Shown: positions 12,760 through 32,482 of the stretch, piece by piece | Layout of the letters: each line of letters starts with the position of its first letter | How positions within the stretch are numbered: the first letter of the stretch is position 1 | Assembly: GCA_009103225.1 (NCBI GenBank) | Contig: RHPI01000446.1 | Location: 62,001 to 126,000, forward strand | Direction: 5' to 3' | DNA length: 64,000 nucleotides | Source of the DNA: Chlorokybus atmophyticus | Lineage: Eukaryota; Plantae; Mesostigma and Chlorokybus algae | Position numbers and translations under genes: made by a program | Notes under the pieces: generated by a model | Databases searched by the model: none | Told to the model about the DNA's origin: nothing | Seen by the model: only the letters and a program-made list of their open reading frames with translations

Positions 12760-14600
12760 GTACATCATGAATTTCAAAAGCCTTGTCCTTTCATGCATGA
12801 AAAAGTAATTGCATGCAGATGCTTCGAATTGCTCATGGGACAAAAATTAAGTGTACATGTTGGGTGAGACGTGATGCAGGGCTGGCTCAGGCACGACCAT
12901 CATGCATCTCTCACCATTTCCACCAACCACTTGACCCTGTGGATGGCAAACCAGTCTACATTTGCCTTCAAAGCAAGCGGCTGTTGCATGGCACGACTGA
13001 TGGACAGCTGTCCCATGCAGCCCGTACCCTGTCTGTCAGACTGCAGCGTCCCAAACGATAGTGTCGATTGTTACCATGGCAGGCTAGGTCTAAGCCTAGC
13101 TTGCCTGGTATTCGTAATACGGTGTTTAACAGTAATACTCCAGTTCAGAAGAGACTGCCACTACCAGCTTATAAAAATTAAATTGACAAGCCCCACATGG
13201 TATAAAAGCTGTATGATGACCGTATGGCCTAGAAAGCGCCCCTCGCTAGCCTGTACAGTATGGTGACCATACAGCCTTGGGAGGGAGGGACGCTTTTTGC
13301 CTCATCATTCATCATTCGTTCATTTTGCCTATTGTACCCCAGTCGGTACTACCGACAAACGACATGTCTGCTGGACAAACAGAAAAAGGTATCAGCCCTG
13401 TTGGCAAATGGTGCGGGCAACTAGAGAATATAGCCCCTCTCACAGAAAGCGCCCTCGCCAGCATGCATGACCGTATGGTGGTACTGAGTAGAGTGCAGAC
13501 TGGTGACAATTAGTAACACCACCATCAGGCCAGCCTGTGACCCCACACCCAACGACTGCAACGTTGACTCCCACCAACATTGAGTGCGCAGTGTTGAGGA
13601 CCTCAACTGCACCAGAGCAGTGTCGGTTGGAAGAGTAGACAAGCACCTCAACTTGTTGTGTGGAGGTACTTTTCTGTCACAGTCAGCCGCTTTATGGACA
13701 CGGGTCACGCGCACCCCCCAACAATGCCAAATCTCCAAGTCCCAGATTGTGTCGGCGGGTATCAATATGATAAAGGTATACGGCTCAGGTATATCCTCAC
13801 GTAGGAGGGGAGGCTATTCTGGTTGCTGCTGTGACCTTCTCTGCTCGGTCTGATGACGCATGCGAGAGGAGAGAGGAGAAGAAGCACTCGCATGCATCAT
13901 CATCGCGTGCATGGGAGCGCCGCCTGTGTGTCTGACGTGTGTGCATCGCCCAAGGCCCGGTTGGGGTGCATTGAACACACGTGATTGACTGAAGGAATGA
14001 TGCTGGCTTGTTATGCTGTAGGTGATTGATGTTGGTATATGTGACACTTTGACTGTCCCTGCTTATTGTGCAGGGACTACCTACTCCGGTGGTGAGATAG
14101 GCCACCATAGTGCTGATCAGCATGAGTTGTAATGATGAAAGCAGCCACTCGGCTAAGCGGCGGCGGCGGCGGCGGCGTTGGGTGCAACATACGCAGGCGG
14201 TCTTGGCCTCCTGCTGTGCGGTGTGTGTAGGTGTGTGTTTGCGCATGTGTGTGTGCTGTGAAAGTATCTCTTCCAATTGGTTCTTGTTGTACACATGCCA
14301 CATGACAAGTAAAACGTCCGCATTCGCCTGACCAGCAGCACTACTGCGCGCCAATTACGACTAACACTTGCGTCTTGTTTGTAGTGCTTGTCTCGCTAAA
14401 TACCGATGTCAAGTCGCATGGCAACCTCATCCCTGCTGCTGGCCGCCATGACCACCTCAATCAGCTTCCACTTCAGCGGCCGCACCGCTATGCCTGCCCG
14501 CGCATGGCATTGGTTTTCCCCTCCTCCCAATGCTGCTGCTGCTGCTGCTCACCTCCTCCACACACGCAATGCAACAAGACCCACACTCGCAAAGTAAGTA
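12760..14600 (+). repeat. Inverted duplicate of the upstream region and exon 1 of the subtilase-Kelch gene
   Basis: The reverse complement aligns with about 25300-27040. It includes an exon-1 copy at about 14447-14595 (MTTSISFHFSGRTAMPARAWHW..., followed by the GTAAGT donor). Confidence 0.9.
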
Positions 14601-15103
14601 ACACACACACACACCAACTACCTCATCCTCTCACACACCACACACACTCTCTCCCCCCTCCTCACACTACAAATCCAGGGCGGTATTCAGACGTTGAAGT
14701 ATCAGCTGTGAATAGCTTACAATCAGCCACAAAGGTCTGCTACCAGAACGTCTTAGAGTCAGTCAGTCCTAAATATAGACGTTTGCACCTGACAGTCAGG
14801 CTTTGTGCTCACTCCTCACCGTTCATACTAGTGCTGGAAGTCAGCGTTTTGTGACTGACTGTCATGCACTTTGTAATGCTGAAAGTAAGTCATCATGGCG
14901 TAAATTGTGTTATGCATTGCACAGCACCCAACATGTGCAATGCTCTTGTATTTATCCTTCCAGTGCTGCTAATCAGCACCCAATGTGTGACCGTATAAGA
15001 CCAAACATGAACGCTATGACTCGAGTGCTGGTAACCATTTGAGCTAACTACAAGGATGTATCAGGCAGTTATCAAGCTGCTGCACACTTTGCTAACTAGC
15101 TAG

Positions 15104-15760
15104 CTAAGTACATTCAGACACCCATGCGCTTCGCGGGTCTCGGCGTGGTCCTTCAGCGTGGTCTTGGGAATGAGCGCGATCGTGCCATCGCCGCCGCCCA
15201 TTAGTATGTCCCCGCTTGGGAGCAGAACAATTGACACAATGCCCCGCATGTTGGGTTTTGTATGTCATGGGCACAAGGTATGCACGCGCACACGTACTCC
15301 TTGAAGCGCATGTGCACGTGCGTGCTCCTGCTCCTGTACATGTGCGTGCGTAAGCATGCAAAGCACGCAAGCACACACGCACACATACAAGAGCTCGCAT
15401 GTGTGCGTGTGTGCACAGACAGGCACGCGTCTACACGCGCACACGTAAACATATGCACACAAACGCAAATACGCACACGTACACATAACCCTGCACAACA
15501 CATTGATACTCTACCTGTGAGATGTGTTTGGGCGCTGCCGGTTTCGCTTTCTCGAACAGTCTCTGCTTGAGTGACACCTGCGCCCCACACATGTCACTCC
15601 ACCACAGCATCAACCCGCTTCATTCTCTCTCGTCCCCAACCTGCATGAGAGATCGCCCAAGGCCGTGCCGGCGTGCAGGAACTCGTCAATCGCGATTGCG
15701 TGTGTCACACGCTTGATCTGGCCCAAACGACACTCCTGAGGCCGCACGTGAGAGGGGAAA
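15104..15760 (-). pseudogene. CFAP52: Isolated three-exon fragment of a flagellar WD40 protein, CFAP52/WDR16-like
   Basis: Reads RPQECRLGQIKRVTHAIAIDEFLHAGTALGD / VSLKQRLFEKAKPAAPKHISQ / SGDILMGGGDGTIALIP, matching the CFAP52 segment as I recall it. There is an apparent frameshift before the first donor, an early stop after the third exon, and no flanking CFAP52 exons were found. Confidence 0.6.
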
Positions 15761-18700
15761 AAGAGTGTCATGAACAGCACGGACACTTTGGTCTGTAGGG
15801 TGTGTCTAGTACACGTGCGGCATGCGTGCTGCTTGTGTGCATAGCGCAGTACGGTCTCCGCAGTGCTGCAGTGTGTGCATGTACGGCTGTGTGTATGTGC
15901 TGACGTAGACACATATGTCGTATGCAAACACGTCTTACAACGAAAACAGCACTGCAAACACCACACTTGACCAAGTGCTCAGCGCTCACAATGCTACGAG
16001 GTCACAAAACGATGCGTACTACAGTCACACGCACACCCACCCACACACGCAGTCTATCTTACCTAGCCACTTGCCTATAAGCGTGCTCGCCGCACATATG
16101 GCTTGGGTCGTGTGCTTGTGAGTGAGCCATAAGATTCCCAAAAACCTCACGCTTCATATTTAAACAAGAAAGTTGGAACAGCATTTGCACATAACATACA
16201 CTCGTACGCATCATCTGTGCAGCTCTTCAAGCATCTTCATCGTGCTTATCCTCAGCATTTATTGACGATGGTGCCGCCGAAAACAAGCATGGATGACAAC
16301 GAGCATGATGCGATGGAGTACCAGCAAGCAATACCACACAACATTGTCACTGACGTGAACAGGAACAGTGCAGGAATCAGAGAGTTGTCATCATGCTCAA
16401 CAGGACTCAGACAGTGCACGATGCACACACAGGTGCTGGCGAACAGTTTGTGTGCTAAGATGGAGTTGTTGACTGTTCGGAGGGCAGTCCACTCGCCGTT
16501 TGGCAGAGTGTATTGCACGTGCAACATGTGCAGAGGATGGCATCAGTGCGCGACAACAGCCCAGGCATTCTCAACAGCATGGACGTTGGCAGGTTTGTGT
16601 GCTGTCTTGATTGTGTTGCTTTATGTGTGTGCGCGCGTCTGTCTAACCACACAAGTCACTGTCGCATGCTTGCTGTGCTAAGCACGTGCATGCTGCAAAT
16701 GGGTGATTGTGTTGAGTGCTCGCACATGCATACTATGTGTAACCACACATTCGAACTGAACTTGAAGTCACTGTCACACACTTGCAATACCAAGCACATT
16801 GTGCACAGTCAAGCTGCCTATTTATTCAACAGGTGAGGAGCTAGACGAAGACAGCAACTTGCTAGTGGTTGAGTGGGCGCTGCCAGTGGTTACAGTGCGA
16901 GAGGACAACACGGTGTACATTGTCATTGTCTGTGATTTGCTAGTTGTGAACCTAGTGCTGAATTGTAAGCAGAAGATGCTCTTCTTCCCTTGTTGTATTG
17001 ATGAACACAAGGCGCATGACAATCGAATTGCAGTTACTCTTTCTTGTCAACACAAATCCAAGCGTTTGTGCAACTGTTTTTGAGTGGCACAGTTGATCTT
17101 CAGCATCAACTTTCTGACTTGGTGGAAAGCCAGATGACAAAGACAGTCCCTAGCGTCTAAAATTCAGCTGCTCCTTCAGTTGTGCACAATTGACTCTTAA
17201 TTGATGTGCTGTTTCTCAGACGTCAGCGACTGACTGTGAGATGTGCTGAAGTTCAAGCGTCTGAAACAGGCAAGATTTTTGTAGTGTAATCAGCCTCCAG
17301 CACATTGATAACTGAGATCAACTCCACGAATCTAGTGCATATGGAAACCTGACTGGCCAGTGAATTCACAACAGTGTGAGTTCACTGGCCAGTCAAATTG
17401 ATGACGACGGTCAGCAGCTTGAACCACGCAACGCCTGATAGCGTGCGCATGCACACCGCTGATACGGAAGGATTCCTGAGTTCATAACAAGACCACACAA
17501 CTCCGAGTTCGCCTTCAAATTCGCTGAGAGATAATATGTTGAGCCTGGAGAGCAATGTCATGAACACTTTGCAACATTTCCAAAGCTTGTTTACTCGCAT
17601 GCGTGCGTCCAGTTGCAATCAGACGCACATGCATGCACACACACTATGGCCAATTGGTGTGTGCGTGTGCGTGTGCGTGCGTGATCTATAGACATGTAGA
17701 GCAATGCATACCTGCAGCATGGCACCACCTTTGTGCGGCCGAAAAGTTCCCTCGACACACACAGATCTAGAGCTGTTACCGCTTGGTATGCAACCCATGT
17801 AGTACTCGTCGGTCTCGCAGTCCCTGTGCGAGGACCTTCGTGCTTCGTGGTTGTCCTGCACGCCGTACGCCTGCCTGATGGCGCACGTGCGCAGCACCTG
17901 TCAGTGGTCGCAACGTTATGAGCACAGATACACATTGGGCAAATGTTTCATCATGGCAAAGTCTTGAGGAGTGGGTTTGATGGGTTTGAGTAGTTAACAA
18001 CAATACCCCGCTTCTGCAGCTTGCCCAAAGAGTGTGAATGGCAGGCACGCACGCACTTTAGCATGCACCTGCAGGCACAACAACATACATCATGTGTATG
18101 ATATGTGACCGTGCACGCGTATCTGTGCGGTTGTGTCTGTGCGCACATGCCATGCAGTGCTGCTGGTACATGCAGACGGTGTGCATGCAACCTCGTTGCG
18201 TGCTTGCATGTGACATGCAAGCAAGCAAGCACGCACGCACAGGTAAAAATGCCATGTGCATACGCGTGTGTCAGGTGCCAGGTCAGGAGGTGATGACGAT
18301 GCTTGTGTGGTTGTTGCCTGCACTACGCTCAGGGTGTGCGCTTCTGCTCTTGTTGGTGCTGGCTAGCAGATTATGAGCTGATCAGCTCATCAACTGTGAG
18401 CAGAGAGCACGAGAACAACCGGCCCGTGAGGAGGTGACACATCCGTGCACGTATGGTATGATGTAGATTCATCGGGACAACCGCCGCGGGAGCGTGGGAC
18501 ATGTATGTGTTGTAGTAAGCAAGCAAGGATACAGCTTATTATAATGATCACACGGCAACCCACCTGCTGGCTCACTTGGCAGCTGTGGCTCCCCACTTGC
18601 CACCTCACAGCAGCATAAGCTGACTGAAACCTCACCGCACCGCCTCATCAACCAAACAAGGGTTACAGAACAGGATGAGACACTGCCAGCTCCCTGCTCA

Positions 18701-19209
18701 GTAGATCAGCTAACAGCCTGAGAACATTACAAACAAGACAAGACCTCTTGCTTCTCCCAACTGCGTGCGTGCGTGCGTGTATGTGTGTGAGAGCCAGTGC
18801 ATGCGTGGGGGTGTATTGCACATACTACAGTTGTACTCGGGACTAGATGCTTATACACATGCATGCAGATATGCACTCGCATATAAGCAACAGTCATGCT
18901 TGCATAATGCATACGTGCAAGCATGCCTATGCGTGTAAGTGTAGGTGAGCACGTGTAGCGGGGTGATGCCACATAACCGTTATGTAGTCACGAGTCACGG
19001 AGCGCATTTGCAGCTGAACCACTTCATTTTGTACCAGTGACGGACGACCACACTTTGTAGTGTCTACAAAGCTACATCAATGACTACCACACCATCATCT
19101 ACATGTGTCTTAAACCTACAATGAGAGCCGCAATCATACCAGTCAGTTTGCACTAAGCACGCCAATGTCAAAGAGAAAATCTCTGCCAAGCTAGCACACC
19201 ACCACACAC

Positions 19210-25458
<6,249 letters not shown>

Positions 25459-28400
25459 GGCGGCCAGCAGCAGGGGATGAGGGTGCAAGCACTACAAACA
25501 AGACATAAGTTTTAGTCGCAATTGACGCACATTGTCGCGCTGCTGGTCACTGAGGAGAATGCGTACGCTGTATGTACAATGTGACATGCGTACAACGAGA
25601 ACCAATTGGAAGAGCCACTTTCACAACACAGACGCACGAGCAAACGCACACGTACACACACCGCACAGCAGGAGGCCAAGACCGCCTGCGTATGTTGCAC
25701 CCAACGCCGCCGCCGCCGCCGCTCACCCGAGTGGCTTCTTTCACCCCCAACTCAGCACTGTGATGGACTAATGACTCACCACTGGAGGCAGGCTTCACAG
25801 CAAACAAGGACAGTGGAAGAGAGTTACATAGACACCAGTCGCCCACAGCATATTATTACCCAGGTACAGGTGAACCCAGCATCATTCCTTGATTCAATCA
25901 CGTGTGTTCAATTGCACCCCAACCGGGCCTTGGGCGATGCACACACGTCAGACACACAGGCGGCGCTCCCATGCACACGATGATGATGCATGCGAGCGCT
26001 TCTCCTCTCTCGTCTCTCCTCTCACATGCATCATCAAACCGAGGAGAGAAGGTCACAGCAGCAACCAGAATAGCCCCCCTCCCACGTGAGGATATACCTG
26101 AGCCGTATACCTTTAACATATATATACCCGCCGACACAATCTGGGACTTGGAGATTTGGCATTGTTGGGGGGTGCGCGTGACCCGTGTCCATAAAGCGGC
26201 TGACTGTGACAGAAAAAGTACCTCAACACAACAAGTGGAGGTACTCTTCTGTCACAGCAGCTTTATCACAACTTTCTGCTTCCGACCGACGATGCCTCTT
26301 GCAGTTGAGGCCTCCTCAACACTTCGCATGCCTCTTCAACTCCAACGGACTCACTGCCTGTTGTTGTGAATGACGTCCTCAATGCTGGTTGGAGTTAACG
26401 TTTCAGTCATGGGGTGTGCAGGTCTGCTGGTGGTGTTATCATTACATTGTCAATAGTCTGCACTCAGCACCACACCGCCTTACGGAGTCACCATGACATG
26501 CATGCTGGGCAGGCAAGGGTGCTTTCTGTGATAGGGGCTATTCTCTGATTACCCGCAGTGCGGGTCCCGCACCTTTTTGCCAACGGGGCTGATGCCTTTT
26601 CTGTCTGTCCAGCAGACATGTCGGTTGTTGGTAGTAGAACTGGGTATAATTGACAACATAGCATCCCTCCCTAGGCTGTATGGTACAGGCTAGCGAGGGG
26701 CGCTTTTTTCTAGGCTGCATCATACAGCCTGTATGCCTTTATTGAGCGTGCGGCCTGCCTATCAGGAGCTGCCTAAGCCTAGCCTACCATGAAACCAATG
26801 ATGCCCACCATCGCTATTGCAGTAAGGGTATGGGCTGTTCCTTCATCAGTCAGCCATGCAATAGCGTCGTGTTAGCAGTTATAGACCGGTTTGCGCGTAT
26901 GGGTGGATGGTGAAAATGGTGAGAGTGGCATGCTGATCGCATGCATCATGTCTCACTCAATTCACAACGTGTCAGCTTGTGAGCAAATTAAAGCATCCAC
27001 ATGCAAACATATTTATATGCATGAAACGACAGCAAGGATCTTATGATTCATAACCTAAGGTTATTATAGTAAGCATGCTTAAATGCTTGTTATTGTCATT
27101 CAAATAAAGCGAGAGATATTCTAGCATGTGCATGCCATCATGCTATAATCTTCATGCTTGATAAGGACGAATGTTCGTTTTACATGCAATGACATCGGTT
27201 ATGAGAAGTTTGAATGCAATGCTTAAGCATACATCTGGCAGTTTTTCAATACTCATGGCCAAAAGAAGATTGTCATATGTTTACCCTTGAAGCATTAATC
27301 CCTTAAACATTGCTTCCTTGTAAACATCACCCATGCTTGATTACAATCAATTGACCAACAAACGCTATTTATTACACGCTGACCTGCATAACATATGATA
27401 AAATGAGGTTATACGTAAGCAGACGTGTGAATGTTTGCTGTGTAATTGTAACACTGTGCAATTGCTGCATACGGTGATCGCAATGCAATATCGCCCGCAA
27501 TAACATGGAACCAATGACGCAGTTTCAGTGTGATGTATGTGACAAGATGTCACATGTATCACATTGCTTGAACATCATGCGATAAGTTGCTTATGATGTT
27601 TGCTAACTTGAATTCTTAGAAAGAACGTTGTGAAATGTTGATGCTCATTACCAATGAGTATATAAAGTATAAGTTGATGGATAAGCATTCATTTCATGTC
27701 GATGTGTTAAAGTTAACTCATAAGTAATAAGTATATATGGTATAGATTAATGGATAAGCATTTATTCTTTATTAATGTGTTATGAGGACGGATATCGATA
27801 TGTTGCAGCAAAGTTGGTTGTACTTGTGTTCTTGTACGATGCACACATATGTAAGCTGCATTCAATTTACAACTTGCTATCGGTTTATGGCTGCAGAAAA
27901 AGAAGATGCATGAGGGATGCCATGGATGCCAGTGGATAATCAAAGGATTTGTACGAACATCCAATTGACTTTATGTGCATATTAAAATTGGGACAAGCAT
28001 GATTGGCGGAGTTGATTCATTCCTCTCTTTTAGTAATCACGGCAGAGACCTGTGTACATGTCATGATGATTCCCTTAATTGTCAGCAAGTACAGAAGTTA
28101 CAGACGGGTGTGTTGTATATAGTTTGCATGTGTAAAGCATGTTGTAATTGTGACAATCCCCACCCACTCTCAAACTCATCCCAATTGCACCTACATCCCC
28201 AAGCCTACGCGCGTGTACATAAATCTCTAAAACTATTGTGTACGCAATGCATGCAAGTGTGCACGCACATTAACACACATAAGTTGCTGAAGCTTCTTGT
28301 CTCCACCTCTGGTCAACCATCATGCTAGGATCCAATGCATAAAGCGTGCGGTTTAGAGACCTATCTAATGCTCGTGCGCAGCACAAACAAATGCGCACAC

Positions 28401-28722
28401 ACTTAAATGCACATATGTTGCCCGATTTGTTGTTGTTTGTTGCCATTGCTATGCTACGGTATTCACGGAGCATACAAGGGTGGATGTTGTTGGGTTTAAC
28501 ATGTCACAACCGTCTTTGAAAAACACATACTGCACCAACAGCTTCTGCTTATTCAACAACACTCTAGAATGACTACACACGCTAACCCATGCGATGAATA
28601 TCGGGCAGCAACAAAGTATACACAATCTGCAACAATGAGCAATGGTACACACACATATGTATCTCACTACAATACTTGAGTACTCCAGTACATTTTCGTT
28701 TCCTTCTTTGTGAATCTCTCCC

Positions 28723-30144
28723 TCAGGCGGGTGAGATGCGCAAACCCGTGAAGACCTCACCTTCGCCCAACACGTGCACGTCGACGCTCTCGGCTTGCAA
28801 CTGCAACGGAGCTGCAATAACCACACACCGATGCGATGTCAACCCGCCCAAACACACATGCACAAGCGAACACGCGCATGTGCGCGCACACAGCACGTGC
28901 TCGTGCGCACATGTATGCACATGCACACAGACACACACGTGCGCACCCACCATAGTATAAGAACGGGAACGTGTGGTGCGAGTGCTTGTCCGGCTGCTCT
29001 TTCGTGATCTTCACGAAAGCCTCCCACGTCGCGTCCGCCGCCGGTCGTGGCATCAGAAACACGTAGTCCTGTCGTTGCGGTTGTTGTTGTTATCTCATGC
29101 ACGTGCCACTGTGCCACCAACACACGACATGTGCAGCACCTCGATGGTGGGAGGCATGCGCAGGCCGTCGTCGGGTGGGGGCGGGGCGGAAAGGGGCACG
29201 AAGCTGAGGAAGCCAGAGTGGACGCTCACCTTGCCGATGTGATCGTACTGCGAGGGGAAGTGTGTGTGCATGTGCGCGCGCGTGCATGCGCAAGTGTATG
29301 CCAGTGCGTGTGTACATGTGCATCTGCACGTGTCTATCGTCGGGATTGTTGTGCAGTGCAATTTCCATATTGATTCGCTTACGTCTGATAGCTTGTCTGA
29401 GCGCTCGCCCAAGTAGAGGTAGTCCTTGTCCTTGGACAGCTGCAGGCCGTCACTCTGCGCGCAAGTGGGCACATGAACACGCGCACGCACACATGCACAT
29501 GCACACCTGCGCAGACATCATTGCACACAAACACTCTCGCGCACACACACACACACGTGCATACCAACACTTGCGCACATGCATACAAGTTTGTGCATGC
29601 ACGCATGCATGCACAAAGTTCCGCACACCCAAGCAAAGTTCACAATGCCTCGAAATTGAACGCCTACGTAACAAACAGAATGCGACAACCATGCACACAT
29701 ACACCAATAGTTGCACATGGTCACTCACCTCACGCAGCTGTTCAGCAAGCGGTTCCGGCATCATAAACGCCACAACAGTCCCAACTTTGCTCTCTCCTCC
29801 TCCTCCTGCTCCTCCTCCTCCCTTCTCTCCTCCCTCCCCTCTCCCCGTGGCCGCCCCGCGACGCTTGCCCTCCTCCACCAGCTTGCCGATGTCCAGCGCG
29901 AGGTGGGCGTCCACCAGAGCGACCTGGAGGAGGAGGAGGAGGGGCAGGGGGTTGTGGGTGTGGATGTGGGAGTGGGTGTGGTGGTGGTGGGGGGGGTTTT
30001 GCTTACCGGGTGGAGCCTGACGGGCTTGTCTGCTGCTGCGGCGGCAGCAGCGAAGGTCCTGCAGGTGGAGGAGTAGGGGGACAAGGTTGCGGTCGAGCGC
30101 ATCAGCAAGCTGCCACCGCGGCGCAGGCACGCCGCCGCCGCCAT
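28723..30144 (-). CDS. Hypothetical multi-exon protein with a mitochondrial-presequence-like N-terminus
   Basis: ATG at 30144 gives MAAAACLRRGGSLLMRSTATLSPYSSTCRTFAAAA (Arg/Ser/Ala-rich). GT-AG-bounded GC-rich exons follow (VALVDAHLALDIGKLVEEG; SDGLQLSKDKDYLYLGERSDKLSD; YDHIGKVSVHSGFLSFVPL; DYVFLMPRP; SVDVHVLGEGEVFTGLRISPA*). Family not recognised and not all phases were verified. Confidence 0.65.
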
Positions 30145-30847
30145 GATGCCCGCCTTCAACAACAACAGGTGCTGAAGCAGACGTCCCAGCTCGTTTGTTT
30201 CAGCCGCAGTCGTCGCTGCCGCAGCGTGGTGGCTGTTGCTGTTGGCGGCGGCGGCGGCGGCGGCGGCGGCGTTATTGCCAAGAGGAAACTCGCCCATTTG
30301 CTCTCCTCTTGTACTTTTTGCTGAAATACAGTTTAGTTGCGTGCGTGCGTGCGTGCGTGCCTGTGTGAGAGTGTTAGACAGGTGGTCAGCGTGATTGGTG
30401 GTTGTGCCTGCGCATGGCGGGTGGCGGTGAGGCGGACAAGTACACGCCGCCTCACTGGTGAGCAAACCATGCGTTAGATCGCTTGTTGCTGACCTTTGAC
30501 GTTACTCTGGATTGTTTTTGTTTTCTCGGTCAACCATGCCATGCCGTGCTCACCCTTTGTGTGTTTGTGCGTCCGGTGTTTTTCTTTCTTCGGAGCTGCG
30601 GGGGAGGCTTAATTGTTTTTAGGCTTGATGGTTGAGTTTGTCACGTCGTGTTCTATATGCACACACACATAATCAAACAGACTGACTGATAATCAGACAC
30701 ACAGAGACCAACAATCAAGGACACACGCGCACGCAGCCCTCCTTTGTTGTATGACACATTGTCACCATCCTCATCGCCACCACCATTTCCATTGCAATTA
30801 TCATCATTACCTCCACCACCACCACCACCACCACCACCACCACAACC

Positions 30848-32482
30848 ATGTACTCGTGCAGGGCGTGCCCCCCTCGTTCGTCGGGCTCCGTGTTCCTCGA
30901 CGCCCTCAAGTCCGGCACCCTCGTCGACTCCCACGCCATCGACAACAACGCGCATGTGGTGCTCGGACGCAGCCCGCAGATAGCGGACATCGTCCTAGAC
31001 CACGCATCCATCAGGCACGTGTAGTGATGATGTGGTATACTGTGTGTGTGCTTGTGGTGATAACCTGTTTGATGGTGGGATTGATGTCAGTCGGCAGCAC
31101 GCTGCGTTGGTACACAAGCGTGACGGCGGCGTGGCGCTCATCGACTTGAACTCCGCGCATGGGACGTTTGTCGACGGCACGCGCATCGAACCCGACACTG
31201 CTGTCGGTAAGAGTGCATACGCATTGCATGTGTGGGCTTGTGCAGCATGAGTTTCCTTCCTTTTGGTAATGCATACATGTTTGAGTCAATGAACTGTAGA
31301 CCTCAACACAAAGTGCACGATCACGTTTGGCGCGTCCACGCGAGAGTATCGTCTGCGGCGCGAAGAACCTATCCGCAAAAACACTTCTGGTAAGCCAACA
31401 GCACTATGATCCGTTGTGTTGGTTCCATATGTTCGCTGAGGGGGCTGTATAGCAAGTGTCATAGGCATTGCACCACACATCACATGTATCGGTTACATCG
31501 CACAGGCACAAGCACACATATGTGTACGCGCATGCCTGCACGCCTGCTTGTGCGTACCCCAGTATGCATACAGCACACGCACTTACAGATAGGAGGGCCA
31601 GAGACAGCGACAGGAAGCGCAGAGACCGCAGCGTGTCGCCTCCATCCCGCTCTCGCGACACAACAACAACAACAACAACAACAACCACAAGCGCACACGC
31701 ACCGGCACAACCAGCTGCAAAGCCATCCACCAGCGGATGGGACCAAACGGTCGCCCCCGCAGGCTAGTTGATTGATGATCTCAACGCAACACGGTACATA
31801 CGTTGTTGGTGTTTTGTTATGGGAGTTTCATGTTTGATGTGTGTCAGGTGGCCCGAGGTTGCCATTGAGTACAGAAGACAAGAAGAAGCTTTTGTGGGGT
31901 AGCAAAAAGCAGGCCGCGGCAGCGAGCACTGAGGTACGCACTCAACAAGGTGTCATGTACGCGTGTGCACGCTTGCCTTTGTTCCTTACGAGACAATGAA
32001 GTGATGTGCGTCGTTCGTTTGTGCTGTAGCCTGCGGACGAGGTGCCTGGAAACAGTCGGTGGGACTCGGTGCAGTTTGACGACCCCGAACGCAGCATGAA
32101 GTTCAAGAAACTCATGGTACATGCACACAGTATCAAGCAGGGTTGTTCATAACTGTGCCTATATAAGCACACGTGCATATGCATGTATGCACGCGTGCGT
32201 GTACGTGTCCGTGTTTTCCCGCATGCACCAACTCAGCATGTACCAACTCTGTTGACCCATAGACCACTTCATAGACCTCACAATATGTCATGTTCACAGG
32301 GCATCAAGGCGTCATCATCATCGCACCCAACAGCTGCGGGCCCAAGCAGCAGCACTCTAAAGAAGGAGGCGGCCGCGCCGCTGAGGCCGGACAAGCAGCG
32401 GCAGGTGTCGCAGGAGCTCGAGGAGCAGTTCGTCTCGGGACTCAGGAGAAAAGATGGCAGGACGGTCGGCTTGGGTCGCTAG
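30848..32482 (+). CDS. FHA-domain (NIPP1-like) protein with an RS-rich linker and a C-terminal SMAP/RSRC2-like domain
   Basis: FHA motifs VVLGRSPQIADIVLDHASISRQHAAL...IDLNSAHGTFVDG, then RDRSVSPPSRSR, then KKKLLWGSKK...SRWDSVQFDDPERSMKFKKLMGIK...ELEEQF. The start codon is uncertain and a further 5' exon is possible. Confidence 0.75.
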
